64,000 nucleotides of DNA from assembly GCA_963840855.1 (NCBI GenBank), contig CAWJBB010000062.1, positions 64,001 through 128,000 of the forward strand, in the 5' to 3' direction. Position 1 is the stretch's first letter, and each line of letters begins with the position of its first letter. This document shows positions 51,327 through 61,921 of this stretch, piece after piece. A program made the position numbers and the translations under genes. A model generated the notes under the pieces. It saw nothing but the letters and a program-made list of their open reading frames with translations. It searched no databases and was not told where the DNA came from. This DNA comes from an uncultured delta proteobacterium. Lineage in GTDB: Bacteria; Desulfobacterota; Binatia; UBA9968.

Positions 51327-54300
51327 ATGTCGTTTACGTTCAATAAAGTCAACAGCGAAGTCGATTTTCCCGCCCTCGAACGTTCGATCCTGGATTTTTG
51401 GCGGCGAGCGGATGCTTTCGAGCGTCTGCGAAAAAAAAATCAGGGTAAACCGCCATGGTCGTTCCTCGACGGCCCAATCACTGCAAACAATCCCATGGGT
51501 GTTCATCACGCCTGGGGCCGCACGTACAAGGACTTGTATAACCGTTACTTCGCCATGACCGGTCATGAGTTGCGCTATCAAAACGGTTTTGACTGCCAAG
51601 GCCTTTGGGTGGAAGTAGAAGTAGAAAAGGAGTTGGATCTCAAATCGAAGCAGGACATTGAAAATCTTGTGACCGGCGATCGCTTTGCGAGCATCGATCG
51701 CTTTGTCGCTCTCTGCAAAGAGCGGGTCGATAAGTTCGCTCGTATCCAGACGGATCAATCGATCCGGCTTGGTTACTGGATGGATTGGGATCGTGACGAT
51801 GATTGGCTCAAGCCACCCGACCTCAGAAGAAGCTACTTCACCATGTCCGAAGAGAACAACTACACGATCTGGAGCTTCCTAAAAAAATGCCACGATCGTG
51901 GCCTGGTTTATCGAGCCTACGATGCGATGCCCTGGTGCCCGCGATGCGCCGTGGGAATCAGCCAAATGGAGATGCACGAGGGCTACCAAAAAGTCCCGCA
52001 TCAAGCGGTATTTGTGCGCTTTCCACTGCGCGGCCAGCCTGGGGAAAATCTACTTGTTTGGACGACTACGCCTTGGACATTAACCAGCAATGTCGCCGTG
52101 GCGGTCAATCCTGGTCTCACCTACTTAAAGGTCCGTCATCGGGGCGAAATTTACTTTCTGGCGAAAAATACTTTCTCCGCTCAACGGCTGGACGAGGAGT
52201 TCCGAAAAAAGGAGTGGATCGAAGGGGTTCCCAAGCTGAAGTCGATTGAACAGATTTTCAAAGAAAAGGGGGGCTACGAGGTACTTGGCGAGCTTGCCGG
52301 GAGCGAGATGCTCGGGTGGACTTATGATGGGCCCTTTGATGAGTTCGAAGCGCAAAATTATCCTGGGGGGTACCCTGCACAGATTGCGGATGTGGCGATC
52401 AAGCAACAGTGGGGACCGTCAAAGCCCGCTCGAGAAATTCATCGCGTGATTTCATGGGACGCGGTCAGCGAGGCCGAAGGCACCGGCATCGTGCACATCG
52501 CACCGGGATGCGGCAAGGAAGATTTTGCTCTCGGCAAAGAGGAAAGTCTCGTGCCGATTGCGCCACTGGATGAGGCCGGCATTTTCCTCGATGGTTTTGG
52601 CGAATTGAACGGTCGTTCGGCCGTAGATCCAGCCACCGTGGATTGGATCCTATCCAACCTCCAGCAAAAGGGACGGCTGGTCGCGGTGGAGCGTTATCCG
52701 CACAATTATCCGCACTGTTGGCGCTGCAAGACGGAGCTTCTTTTCAGACTCGTCGATGAGTGGTTTATCGATATGCGATGGCGTGACGCCATTATAAGGA
52801 TTTGTCATGACGCCCGTTGGATACCAGAATTCGGTCTGCACCGAGAACTGGACTGGCTCAAGAACATGGGCGATTGGATGATCTCTAAAAAACGTTACTG
52901 GGGGCTTGCGCTCCCCATTTGGGTCTGTGAGAGTTGCGGCGCTTTCGATATCGTGGGCAGTCGGGATGAGCTCAAAAACCGGGCTATAGGCGGCTGGGAA
53001 CGGTTCGAGGGACATACGCCGCACAGACCTTGGATTGACTTGGTAAAGATCCGTTGTGCCAAGTGTGGCGGTTCGTCGAGTCGGATTCCTGATGTCGGCA
53101 ATCCTTGGCTTGACGCCGGTATCGTCCCCTATTCCACTCTGGGCTACAACCGGGACCGGACCTATTGGGAAAAGTGGTTCCCGGCCGATTTCATTACCGA
53201 GTGTTTTCCAGGTCAATTTCGAAACTGGTTCTATGCACTCCTGGCGATGAGTGCCCTGATGGAGAACCGAGCCCCTTTCAAGGTTCTTTTGGGGCATGCG
53301 CTGGTGCGCGACGAAAAAGGCGACGACATGCACAAGTCCAAGGGAAACGCCATTCCCTTCGAGGACGCGGCGGAAAAAATGGGGGCGGACGTGATGCGCT
53401 GGATGTTTTGCCGCAACAATCCCGCCAACAACATTAATTTTGGTTACCGCCCGGCAGACGACGTCAGAAACCGCTTCGTACTGAAGCTTTGGAATACCTA
53501 CGCGTTCTTTTGCAACTACGCCCGATTGGATGGCTTTGACCCAAAGTCACCCGCCGTTCCCGTTCAGCAACGGCCGGACATCGACCGCTGGATCCTATCC
53601 GACTTGCAGCTGTTGATCCAAAGCGCCCGGCGCGAATACGAAGACTTCAACGTGATGGGATTTTGTCTCCTCGCCGAAGATTTCGTCGCCGAGAAGCTAA
53701 GCAACTGGTACGTGCGTCGGAACCGCCGGCGTTTTTGGAAAAGCGAGCAAAATGATGATAAATCTGCCGCTTATCAAACTCTTTACACCGTCCTCACGAC
53801 GCTGATCAGGCTGTCTGCGCCGGTCATGCCGTTCCTGACCGAAGTCATGTACCAGAACCTGGAGGGGAGCGAGACAGAACCGGTGGACCGTCCGGTAAGC
53901 ATTCATCTTTGTGACTTTCCACAGGCCGATCCCTCCCTCATCGACACGGAACTTTCCGCCGATATGGAGGCGTTGCTTAAACTGGTGTCCCTCGGTTCTG
54001 CTGTCAGGAACAGCGTTAAAATCAAGGTTCGCCAACCGCTGGCGGAAATAAGGATCCAACCAGCCACCGATGCGGAACGTCATGCCGTCTTGCGATTTAG
54101 CGAGCAGATCGCCGAAGAACTCAACGTAAAAAAAGTGAGCCTGCATGATGCCGCGCAGGGTCCGCTTTTGCGTTATGAGATTAAACCGAACCTCAAGTCG
54201 CTCGGTCCAAAGCTCGGCCAGCGAGTAAAAGAAGTCCAAAGCGCTTTAGCGGCTCTGGATCCCGTTGTCAGTGACAGAGAAAATCCAGACCGACGGCCGC

Positions 54301-54714
54301 CTGGAAGTGTCCTACTCCGGCGGGACTGTGGTCTTGGAAAGCAATGACATTTTGACAAGTACGAAAGCGCCCGACGGCTGGGCAGGACTGGCCGATCACG
54401 GCACGCAGATCATCGTCGACGTACGCGTCACTCAGCAACTCGCTTTCGAAGGGACTGCCCGGGAGATTGTCCGACACATCCAGGACTTGAGAAAACAAGC
54501 CGGCCTTGAAATGGAGGACCGCATCCGCTTACATTTAAAGACGGAATCTGCCACGGTGCGAGAAGCAATCGCGGCTCATGAACACTACATCCGCGGGGAG
54601 ACTCTAGCCATAGAGATCGCCAGGCAGCCGGTCGATGGTGATGCTCACAAAGCGGAAATCAATCTCCAAGGTGACACGTTGACCATAGAACTCGCCAAAG
54701 CCGCCCGGGTCTAA
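51327..54714 (+). CDS. ileS: Isoleucine--tRNA ligase type 2 (GVHH signature), frameshift near 54270
   Basis: DGPITANNPMGVHH, WTTTPWTL, GTGIVHIAPG.G, YPHCWRC, DMHKSKGN. Type-2 C-terminus EGTAREIVRHIQDLRKQAGLEMEDRI. Confidence 0.95.
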
Positions 54715-54748
54715 TCCTCGAAATTGACGACTCAGTGGTTCGTTAAAT

Positions 54749-54910
54749 ATGGACATGCTTCAAGCTGATCTACCTATGGACTTTTTCGAAAGTCAGATTA
54801 CGGAAGTCGAAGAATGTCCCGGAAACGGCGTCTTAGCTGTTCAGCAGGCCGTTCACTTCAATGTCCGTTGCTGCTGCGCGGCGGTACTCGCTTCGGGAGC
54901 CGCAGCTTGA
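54749..54910 (+). pseudogene. Probable degenerate C-terminal remnant of type-1 IleRS
   Basis: 53-aa ORF with ADLPMDFFESQI (cf. DL..LFIVSQV) and AVQQAVHFNVRCCCAAV (cf. VG....HP.LC.RC..AV). Its TGA overlaps the lspA TTG. Confidence 0.5.
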
Positions 54911-55404
54911 GCGCCAAGGCCAAACTGACTCTGACGTGGATTGCGTTCATCGTCGCCGCGGACCAGGTGACCAAGTTGTGCGTGGACCGATGGTTGCCGC
55001 TCCATCATTCCATCCCGGTGATCGATGGTCTATTTAGCCTGACTTATATCCGCAACACCGGCGCTGCGTTCGGCATCTTCGCCGGCAGCGCCGCCGCCTT
55101 TCGCCTGCCCTTCCTGATTATTTTTTCGCTGGTCGCCATCGGCTTCGTGGTGACGATGCTCAGGCGCTTGCCGGATAATCAAACCGGGCTGATCACCGCG
55201 CTGGCGTTTATCATCGGCGGCGCCGTCGGGAATTTGATAGACCGAATCGCCTACGGTGAAGTCATCGACTTTCTCGATTTTTACTGGCGAAGCTACCACT
55301 GGCCGGCGTTCAATCTCGCCGACAGTTTTATCACCGTCGGTGTCCTGATCACCGTCTTTTATCTGATCAAAGCCAAAGGCGAAGACCCCTTCGCCGCGCG
55401 TTAA
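54907..55404 (+). CDS. lspA: Lipoprotein signal peptidase
   Basis: DQVTK, NTGAAFG, GGAVGNLIDR, V.DF, WPAFNLAD. Confidence 0.95.
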   Translation: MSAKAKLTLTWIAFIVAADQVTKLCVDRWLPLHHSIPVIDGLFSLTYIRNTGAAFGIFAGSAAAFRLPFLIIFSLVAIGFVVTMLRRLPDNQTGLITALAFIIGGAVGNLIDRIAYGEVIDFLDFYWRSYHWPAFNLADSFITVGVLITVFYLIKAKGEDPFAAR

Positions 55405-55736
55405 GTCTTTTTTCCGAGCGTGACCACCGTTGCGCCCCAGCTGCCGGCTTCGGCTGGCGCGTCATGGAACGACGCCACCGCCGGGTGCTTTTCAAGGACG
55501 GAGCGAACGACGTTGCGCTGCACGCCCTTGCCTTTGCCGTGGATCAAGCGCACTTCAAGAATTCCCGCATCGATGCATTGTTGCAGGTATTCTTCGACCA
55601 CGCTGGGAATGTCCTTGGGCTGGAACGGATGGAGATCGAGATGATCCTCGATGGGTAAAATGACCGGGTCGACGAATGGAGAGCCGGTTTCGTTGCCAGA
55701 GGGATCGAAGCCCTTGTCTTTGCCTCGCTTGCCCAT
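55401..55736 (-). CDS. Smr/MutS domain protein
   Basis: LDLH.F, VRLIHGKGKGVQR, GSWGATVV. Confidence 0.88.
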   Translation of the reverse strand: MGKRGKDKGFDPSGNETGSPFVDPVILPIEDHLDLHPFQPKDIPSVVEEYLQQCIDAGILEVRLIHGKGKGVQRNVVRSVLEKHPAVASFHDAPAEAGSWGATVVTLGKKT

Positions 55737-55794
55737 AAAAAAGAGGGCAAGAAAGTTGTTCTTGCTCTCTGCGATCGTTAGTTCACGGGCTATT

Positions 55795-56811
55795 TCAATC
55801 CCAGCGTTTGTCGCCTTTAAGCCGGCCTCCCACCTTGGCGAGCGCCGCTTCGATGATCGACAGATCGACGAGTTTATCGTAGGTCGGTTTTTCTTGAGCT
55901 TTGATGGTTCCCAATTCTACTTGACGGTTGATGGTCCACTCGACCATGTCCTTCGGGAGACCGTCGTTGACCGGCCACGCGCCGGCATTCGCGAGAATAT
56001 CGTAAGTTTGCCCCACCGCGTCGGCGTCCTGCTGAGTGTATTTGACGGCGATCTCCACCGTCTTGGCCTTATTGTTGTAAATAAAGCGATTCGCTTTAAC
56101 CAGCGCTGTCATGATGTCGACGTAAAGTTGACGGTTTTCTTTGATCTCTTTTTCGGGAGCGATATACGCCGCGTAAAGCCATTTCGGCAGCGGTTCCCAG
56201 AGATTGACGAGAATATTGAGATCGGGTTTTTTCTTTTTGGCGACGATCGCTTGATCGACGTGAAGAATGGCGGTATCGATCTGTCCGCTGAGCAATCCGG
56301 CCACACGCCCTTTGGTGCTCACCGGCACATACTCCACGTCCTTCTGTGTTAGACCGCAACTCGCCATCACGGCACGGCTCATGACTTCATTGAATGCGCC
56401 AACTTCCTGAATGCCGATCTTGCGGCCTTTGAGTTCTTTGCAGCTTTTGATGTCGCCCTGCACCAGCATCGATTGAGAGAGCTTGTGCGAATAGGTGCCG
56501 AGCACCTTGGTGCCTGCGCCGCGCGCGGCGGCGATGATCGCCGGATCGGAACTTGTCCCGGTGATATCGAGCCCGCCGGCGACACTGCCTCTTAACGTCT
56601 GCGTGCCGCCCTCGAAGGTCACTAACTCGACGTCGATGTTAGACTCGCCGAAGAATCCCATCTCTTTGGCGATATAGGGCGGCAAGTGCACCACGTTGGG
56701 CGGCGTAACCGGCACACCGAAAACGATTTTACGCTTGGTCTGCGTCTCGCCCGCTTGCAAGCCCAGGGTCAAACTAATCGACGCCACGAGAAGGCAAACG
56801 ATCTTTTTCAT
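55795..56811 (-). CDS. ABC substrate-binding protein, NMT1/SsuA/TauA family
   Basis: Signal peptide, LPPYIAKEMGFF, ELKGRKIG, RVAGLLSGQID. Confidence 0.88.
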   Translation of the reverse strand: MKKIVCLLVASISLTLGLQAGETQTKRKIVFGVPVTPPNVVHLPPYIAKEMGFFGESNIDVELVTFEGGTQTLRGSVAGGLDITGTSSDPAIIAAARGAGTKVLGTYSHKLSQSMLVQGDIKSCKELKGRKIGIQEVGAFNEVMSRAVMASCGLTQKDVEYVPVSTKGRVAGLLSGQIDTAILHVDQAIVAKKKKPDLNILVNLWEPLPKWLYAAYIAPEKEIKENRQLYVDIMTALVKANRFIYNNKAKTVEIAVKYTQQDADAVGQTYDILANAGAWPVNDGLPKDMVEWTINRQVELGTIKAQEKPTYDKLVDLSIIEAALAKVGGRLKGDKRWD

Positions 56812-56831
56812 AGAATCCCCTTTTGTTCGGC

Positions 56832-57587
56832 TTAATCCTTTTCTGTCGAGCTTCGCCACGGAGCGATGCGTCCTTCAACCCACTTGGCCAACCACATAAG
56901 TCCTACTCCTAATATCATAACCACGACTATGGGAACAAAGAGTTTATCCGTCTCCAGCGCATTGGCGTAACGGACGATCATATAGCCCAAGCCGGTAACC
57001 GATGTATAAAATTCGGCGACGATCATGCCGACTAGGCCGCGGCCGATCGCGAGGCGCACGCCAGCCACGATGAAAGGAATGGCCGACGGGATGATCAAAT
57101 GACGCCAGAGCTGCGACTCGCTTGAGCAGAAAGAACGTGCAACCTCTTGAAGATTGCGGTCGACATTTTTCACGCCTTCATAGGTGTTGAGCAGCACCGG
57201 AAATACCATGAACGAAAAGACGATCACTACCTTGGCTGGGATTTTAAAACCGAACCAGAGAACAATTAACGGTACGACGGCGACCATCGGTGTCGAATAG
57301 AGCGCGTTAATGTAGATATCGGTGGCCCATTCGACGACCGCAAAACGCCCCATGGCGACGCCGAGGAGCACCCCCACAACAATGGAAAGTACAGACGCAT
57401 AGGTTAGCACGAGCAGACTTCCAGACATGTAACTCTGCAATTCGCCGCTCGCCACCAACTCGACAAAGGCCCGCGCGATGGCCAGGGGATAAGTAAACAG
57501 GATCGGGTTAATCCGCCGGCCGAAGTATTCCCAAAGCAAGATAACGACGACGAAGGAGAGCGCACGCACGGCAAACTTGCGGTTCAT
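56832..57587 (-). CDS. ABC permease, TauC/SsuC family
   Basis: P.VAVVPL.VLWFG, NTYEGVKNVD..LQEVARSF, IVAEF. Confidence 0.9.
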   Translation of the reverse strand: MNRKFAVRALSFVVVILLWEYFGRRINPILFTYPLAIARAFVELVASGELQSYMSGSLLVLTYASVLSIVVGVLLGVAMGRFAVVEWATDIYINALYSTPMVAVVPLIVLWFGFKIPAKVVIVFSFMVFPVLLNTYEGVKNVDRNLQEVARSFCSSESQLWRHLIIPSAIPFIVAGVRLAIGRGLVGMIVAEFYTSVTGLGYMIVRYANALETDKLFVPIVVVMILGVGLMWLAKWVEGRIAPWRSSTEKD

Positions 57588-58369
57588 TGATCTTTCCTTC
57601 CAGATTCCTCGCCGCCGAGATCCTGCATGAGCATCTCCCAGAGAGAGTTTCTCAATTCGATATAGCGCGGATGAGCACGCACCGAGATTATTTTTCTCGG
57701 CCGTGGGATGTCGACGTGAACGATTTCGCGGATGCGGCCGGGGCGGCGCGACATCATCGCGATGCGGTCGCCGAGCAGGATCGCTTCGTCGATGCTGTGT
57801 GTGACAAAGATCAACGCTTTTTTCGCTGTTTCGAGAATTCGCAGTAGCTCCTCTTGCATCATCTCTCGGGTTTGGGCGTCCAACGCGCCAAAAGGCTCGT
57901 CCATGAGCAAAAGCGAAGGGTTGATTGCCAGCGCCCGCGCGAGGCCGGCGCGCTGCTGCATGCCGCCGGAGAGTTGATGCGGATAGGACTTGGCGAAGTC
58001 CTGGAGCCCCATAAGCTCGAGATATCGCGTGATCGTGTTAGAAATCTCTTGTTTTGAGCTTCCCCTCAGCTCCAAGCCATAAGCGATGTTTTCATCGAGC
58101 CGCTTCCACGGAAACAGCCCGAAATGTTGGAACACCATAGCGACGTCTGGCCGGGGTCGAGTTACTGCGGTGCCGTCGAAAAGAATTTCACCGCGGTCGC
58201 GGGGAATCAAACAATCGATGATTCGCAACAGCGTTGTCTTGCCGCAGCCGCTTGGTCCGAGGATACACAGGCTCTCGTCGGCTTCGACTTCTAGATTGAT
58301 ATCCTGCAGCGCTACCACATCGCCGCCGCTGAAGGTCTTGGTGAGATTTCGAATGACGATCTTGGCCAT
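57584..58369 (-). CDS. ABC ATP-binding protein, TauB/SsuB family
   Basis: GPSGCGKTT, YPHQLSGGMQQR, LMDEPFGALDAQTR, VTHSIDEA. Confidence 0.93.
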   Translation of the reverse strand: MAKIVIRNLTKTFSGGDVVALQDINLEVEADESLCILGPSGCGKTTLLRIIDCLIPRDRGEILFDGTAVTRPRPDVAMVFQHFGLFPWKRLDENIAYGLELRGSSKQEISNTITRYLELMGLQDFAKSYPHQLSGGMQQRAGLARALAINPSLLLMDEPFGALDAQTREMMQEELLRILETAKKALIFVTHSIDEAILLGDRIAMMSRRPGRIREIVHVDIPRPRKIISVRAHPRYIELRNSLWEMLMQDLGGEESGRKDQ

Positions 58370-58376
58370 GCGGAGA

Positions 58377-59684
58377 TTAAACTGCTGGGGTTTCCAACAA
58401 TTGCTTGACCTCTTGCAGAAAGCGCGCAGCGATGGCGCCGTCAATGACCCGATGATCGGCGGACAGTGTAGCGGTCATCATGGGACGGATCATCATTCCG
58501 ACTTCGTCAGCAACCACGCGCGGCGCTACCCTTCCCGTTGCCAGAATGGCGCACTGCGGCGGGTTGATGATCGCGATAAAGCTATCGACGCCGAGCATGC
58601 CGAGGTTCGACACCGTAAATGTTCCGCCTTCGTAATCCAGCGGGAAAAAGTTTTTTTGTTTGCGCCTTGTCGGCCAGCTCGCGGCTCTTTTGGGCTAACT
58701 GGGTTAACGTCAACCGGTCGGCGTTGCGAATGACGGGGACGACGAGTCCTTCTTCCAGCGCCACCGCCATGCCGATATTGATGTCGGCGTGAACCTTGAT
58801 TCCCTGCTCCGTAAAAGTTGAATTCACCGACGGGAAATCTTTGAGCGCTCGGGCGCAGGCTAGCAGAATAAAATCATTGATCGACGGAATCGACTCGTCG
58901 CCGCGCTCCTTCAACTCGGTTCTGACCTTGACGACCGCGGTCATGTCGATATCCATGCTCAGATAAAAATGCGGCGCGCTCTGTTTGCTTTGCGTCATGC
59001 GTTGGCCGACGATCCGGCGCATGGGGCTCAGCGGCACCAAGTCCGGCGCCGTCGAGGTAGGGGCGACCGGCCGGTCGCCCCTACTTTGCGCTTGTGCGGC
59101 GCGAAGCACGTCTTCCGCCAAAACACTGCCTTCGGGCCCGCTGCCGCGCAGCGTTGCGAGCTCGATTCCCTTTTCTTTGGCGATCCGCTTTGCCGCTGGA
59201 GATGCAAGAATGCGCGTTCGACCAGGAGGTGAAGTTTCGGAGGCGAGAAAATCCCCCTTTGATCCCCCTTTATAAACGGGGAAACAGGGGGATGATTCCG
59301 CTGCGGGGTTGTCTTTTCCGGCGGGAGGGCCAGACGAGACTCGCTCCCCTCTCTCTCTGGGAGAGGTTAGGGTGAGGGCGAGAGCCTGCCCCGGACGACG
59401 ATCCGAGGGTGAGGGTCCTGAAGCGTAGCCGGTGTCGCCACTTCGCCCGGCGCAAGGATGACTGCGATTTTATTTCCGACCGGCACTTCGTCGCCGGGCT
59501 TCGCCGTGACATGCGTCAAAATTCCAGAGGCCGCTGCTTCGATCTCCACCGTGGCCTTGTCGGTCTCGACTTCCATCAAAGGCTCGCCCTTTGAGACGGA
59601 CTCGCCTTCGGCTTTTAGCCACTTGAGCAGAGTTCCAGTTTGCTGCGCCACACCGAGGGCGGGCATGATCACATTGGTTGCCAT
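58377..59684 (-). CDS. Dihydrolipoamide acyltransferase (E2), frameshifts near 59370 and 58645
   Basis: Lipoyl domain ETDKA, PSBD RILASPAAKRIA...GSGPEG, catalytic SKQSAPHFY, SNLG, DHRVIDG. Confidence 0.9.
59057..59084. repeat. GTAG-family REP palindrome within the E2 linker
   Basis: Perfect 28-bp palindrome GTAGGGGCGACCGGCCGGTCGCCCCTAC. Confidence 0.8.
59248..59297. repeat. AAATCCCCC/CCCTTT..AAAGGG REP-like element within the E2 linker
   Basis: aaaatccccctttgatccccctttataaacggggaaacagggggat, same family as 7811-7847. Confidence 0.65.
59346..59415. repeat. Composite CCCTCTC..GGGAGAGG.TAGGGTGAGGG palindrome within the E2 linker
   Basis: Hairpin core plus a duplicated AGGGTGAGGG flanking GAGAGCCTGCCCCGGAC..GATCCGAGGG. 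Confidence 0.65.
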
Positions 59685-59808
59685 GATTTTTAGGCGAGAG
59701 GCGGAAGGCGACAGGCGTGAGGAAAATTATTTCCTCTTTGCGCGTTTTGTGATGCCTTCTGTTTCTCGGTTTTCGCTTCCTTAATCCAAAAATCCAAAAT
59801 CTTTCCTA

Positions 59809-59878
59809 ACGTAGCCCGGATGGAGCGTGAGCGAAATCCAGGGACCCTGGATTACGTTTCACTTCATCCCGGCTACGT
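59809..59878. repeat. Inverted doublet of GTAG-type REPs
   Basis: ACGTAGCCCGGATGGAG...AATCCAGGGACCCTGGATT...TTCATCCCGGCTACGT. Overlaps the ORF6N stop. Confidence 0.75.
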
Positions 59879-60464
59879 CCCTGAGTTTCTTAGCTCCTCG
59901 ACCGTATTTCCGTCCTTCCGTATTTTGCGGTCCTTTCGCTAAGATAAAACCAATCTTTCGTTTCTTCGGCTCGGATGGGGCCATAAGCTGGCGGATCGCG
60001 TCAAAGACCACCTTGAATTGCGCATCGTACCTTTTCTCCAGCGCCTCCAGTTTCCGCGCCAGTTCAGCATTAGTGGCAAGTAACTGGCGCAAGCGAACAA
60101 AGGTCCGCATGATTTCAATGTTGACCTCGACTGCGCGCTTGCTTCGCAGAACGCTCGAAAGCATGGCAACGCCTTGTTCCGTAAAGGCGTAAGGTGGGTG
60201 CCGTCGACCACCCCAATCGGAACTTGATATCGCAAATTGCGATTTCAAGTTGCCAACCTGCGCCTTCAAGCTTTGGAATTCCGCTTCACTCAGCTGAAAC
60301 ATAAAATCGTCGGGAAAACGATTACGATTACGTTTGACCGACTCGTTCAGTCTACCTACGCTAACTCCGTATAGCAGAGCTAAATCGGCATCAAGCAGGA
60401 CTCTGTGGCCGCGAATGAGAAGAATCGCGTGCTCAATTCGCTCGGCTGAAACTTGCTTGGCCAT
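59859..60464 (-). CDS. ORF6N-domain DNA-binding protein
   Basis: [63 protein letters not shown]. Confidence 0.9.
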   Translation of the reverse strand: MAKQVSAERIEHAILLIRGHRVLLDADLALLYGVSVGRLNESVKRNRNRFPDDFMFQLSEAEFQSLKAQVGNLKSQFAISSSDWGGRRHPPYAFTEQGVAMLSSVLRSKRAVEVNIEIMRTFVRLRQLLATNAELARKLEALEKRYDAQFKVVFDAIRQLMAPSEPKKRKIGFILAKGPQNTEGRKYGRGAKKLRDVAGMK

Positions 60465-60482
60465 CTAGTATCTGTTCCCTGT

Positions 60483-61800
60483 CTAGCTCTTCACTCTCTC
60501 CAGCGCTCCCGGGTTATTCAAATTCGATTGCGTTTCGCGCGTGGTCGATAGTTCGCCGCCGGTGGTGAAATAGTGGGTTCCGGCTACGAGCAATTTTTCC
60601 GACGGGAAGCGCGTGATCACTTCGCAGCCGTCTTTGGTCACGACAACTTCCTCTTCCAGCCGGGCGGCAGACCACCCGTCCGACGCGGGCCAGTAGGTTT
60701 CCAGAGCGAAGACCATGCCTTCTTCGATGACTTCAGGATTCTCCAACGAAACCAGCCGGCTGAAGATCGGTTTCTCCCAGATCGACAAGCCGACGCCGTG
60801 GCCGTATTGGAGAGCGAAGGCGGCTTCTTCGTTGGCGAAGCCGAATTCTTCGCGCCTTGGGCCAGAGCTTGACCACATCGGCCGTGGTGATGCCCGGCTT
60901 GACGATACTGATCGCCGCGTCCATGTAGTCGCGGCTGCGTTTGTAAGCATCGACCATCGCCGGCGAAGCGCTTCCCACCGCGAAGGTGCGGTAGTAGCAA
61001 GTGCGATAGCCGTTGTAGCTGTGCAGGATATCGAAGAACGCTGGGTCGCCCGGGCGGAGCACGCGGTCGGTATAAACATGGGGATGCGGGCTGCAGCGCT
61101 CGCCGGAAATCGCATTTACGCCTTCGACATGTTCCGAGCCGAGGTCGTAAAGCACTTTGCTGACGACGCCGACGCATTCGTTTTCCTTGACGCCCGGTTT
61201 CATGAAACGGTAAAGCTCGTCATAGGCGGCATCGACCATCATGGTCGCGGCATTGAGCAGCGTGATCTCGTCTTGGGTTTTGATTTTCCGCACCTCGTGC
61301 ATTAGTTGCTGGCCGTCGACGACTTTGATGCCTTGCGCCTGTAGTGCGAAGAGCACCGGCATCTCGATCACGTCGACACCGACAGGCTCGTTGAGCAGCT
61401 TGCGTTTGTCGAGTTCGAGCCGGATTTTTTTCGCGACATCTTCAGCCAAACCGGATCCCGGATTGGTCGCGCCGCGCAGTGTGGAAATACCGGCGCGGGA
61501 ACGCTCGCCGAGCCATGGGCAATAGATTTGATGATGGCGCGCCGCCGAGCCGAAGTCCCAGAGGATCGGCTCATCGTCTTGCGGTAACAGCGAGAAACGC
61601 ACCAGCTTATCCATCGCCCAGGTGCCGATATGGGTGGCGGTGATGTAGCGGATGTTGTTCATGTCGAAGCAGAGCAGCGCGCCAAGCTCCGATTTCTTCA
61701 GCGCGGCTTTGATGCGGGCCAGCCGCTCCTGCCGAAGCCGCTCGATATTGACGCGCTCTTCCCAATCGACGGCCATCAGGCCAAATGTTTTAAGGCCCAT
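60483..61800 (-). CDS. Xaa-Pro peptidase family M24 protein, frameshift near 60852
   Basis: NNIRYIT, RKIKT.DEI, FFDI, GYRTCYYRT, GHGVGL, GMVFALET, RLEE. Confidence 0.88.
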
Positions 61801-61813
61801 ATTTTACCCTCCC

Positions 61814-61844
61814 GTTTCGGGTTTCGAGTCTCGGGTTTCGAGTT
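61814..61844. repeat. Heptamer tandem repeat GTTTCGR x4
   Basis: gtttcgg gtttcga gtctcgg gtttcga gtt, just upstream of the M24 RBS. Confidence 0.7.
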
Positions 61845-61921
61845 GAACCTGAAGTGCGCTTTCCGGCAGTTTCCAATTCCGCCTGCTTCCTAAAATCGAA
61901 TTTCCTCGCCCTCCTGAGGAG

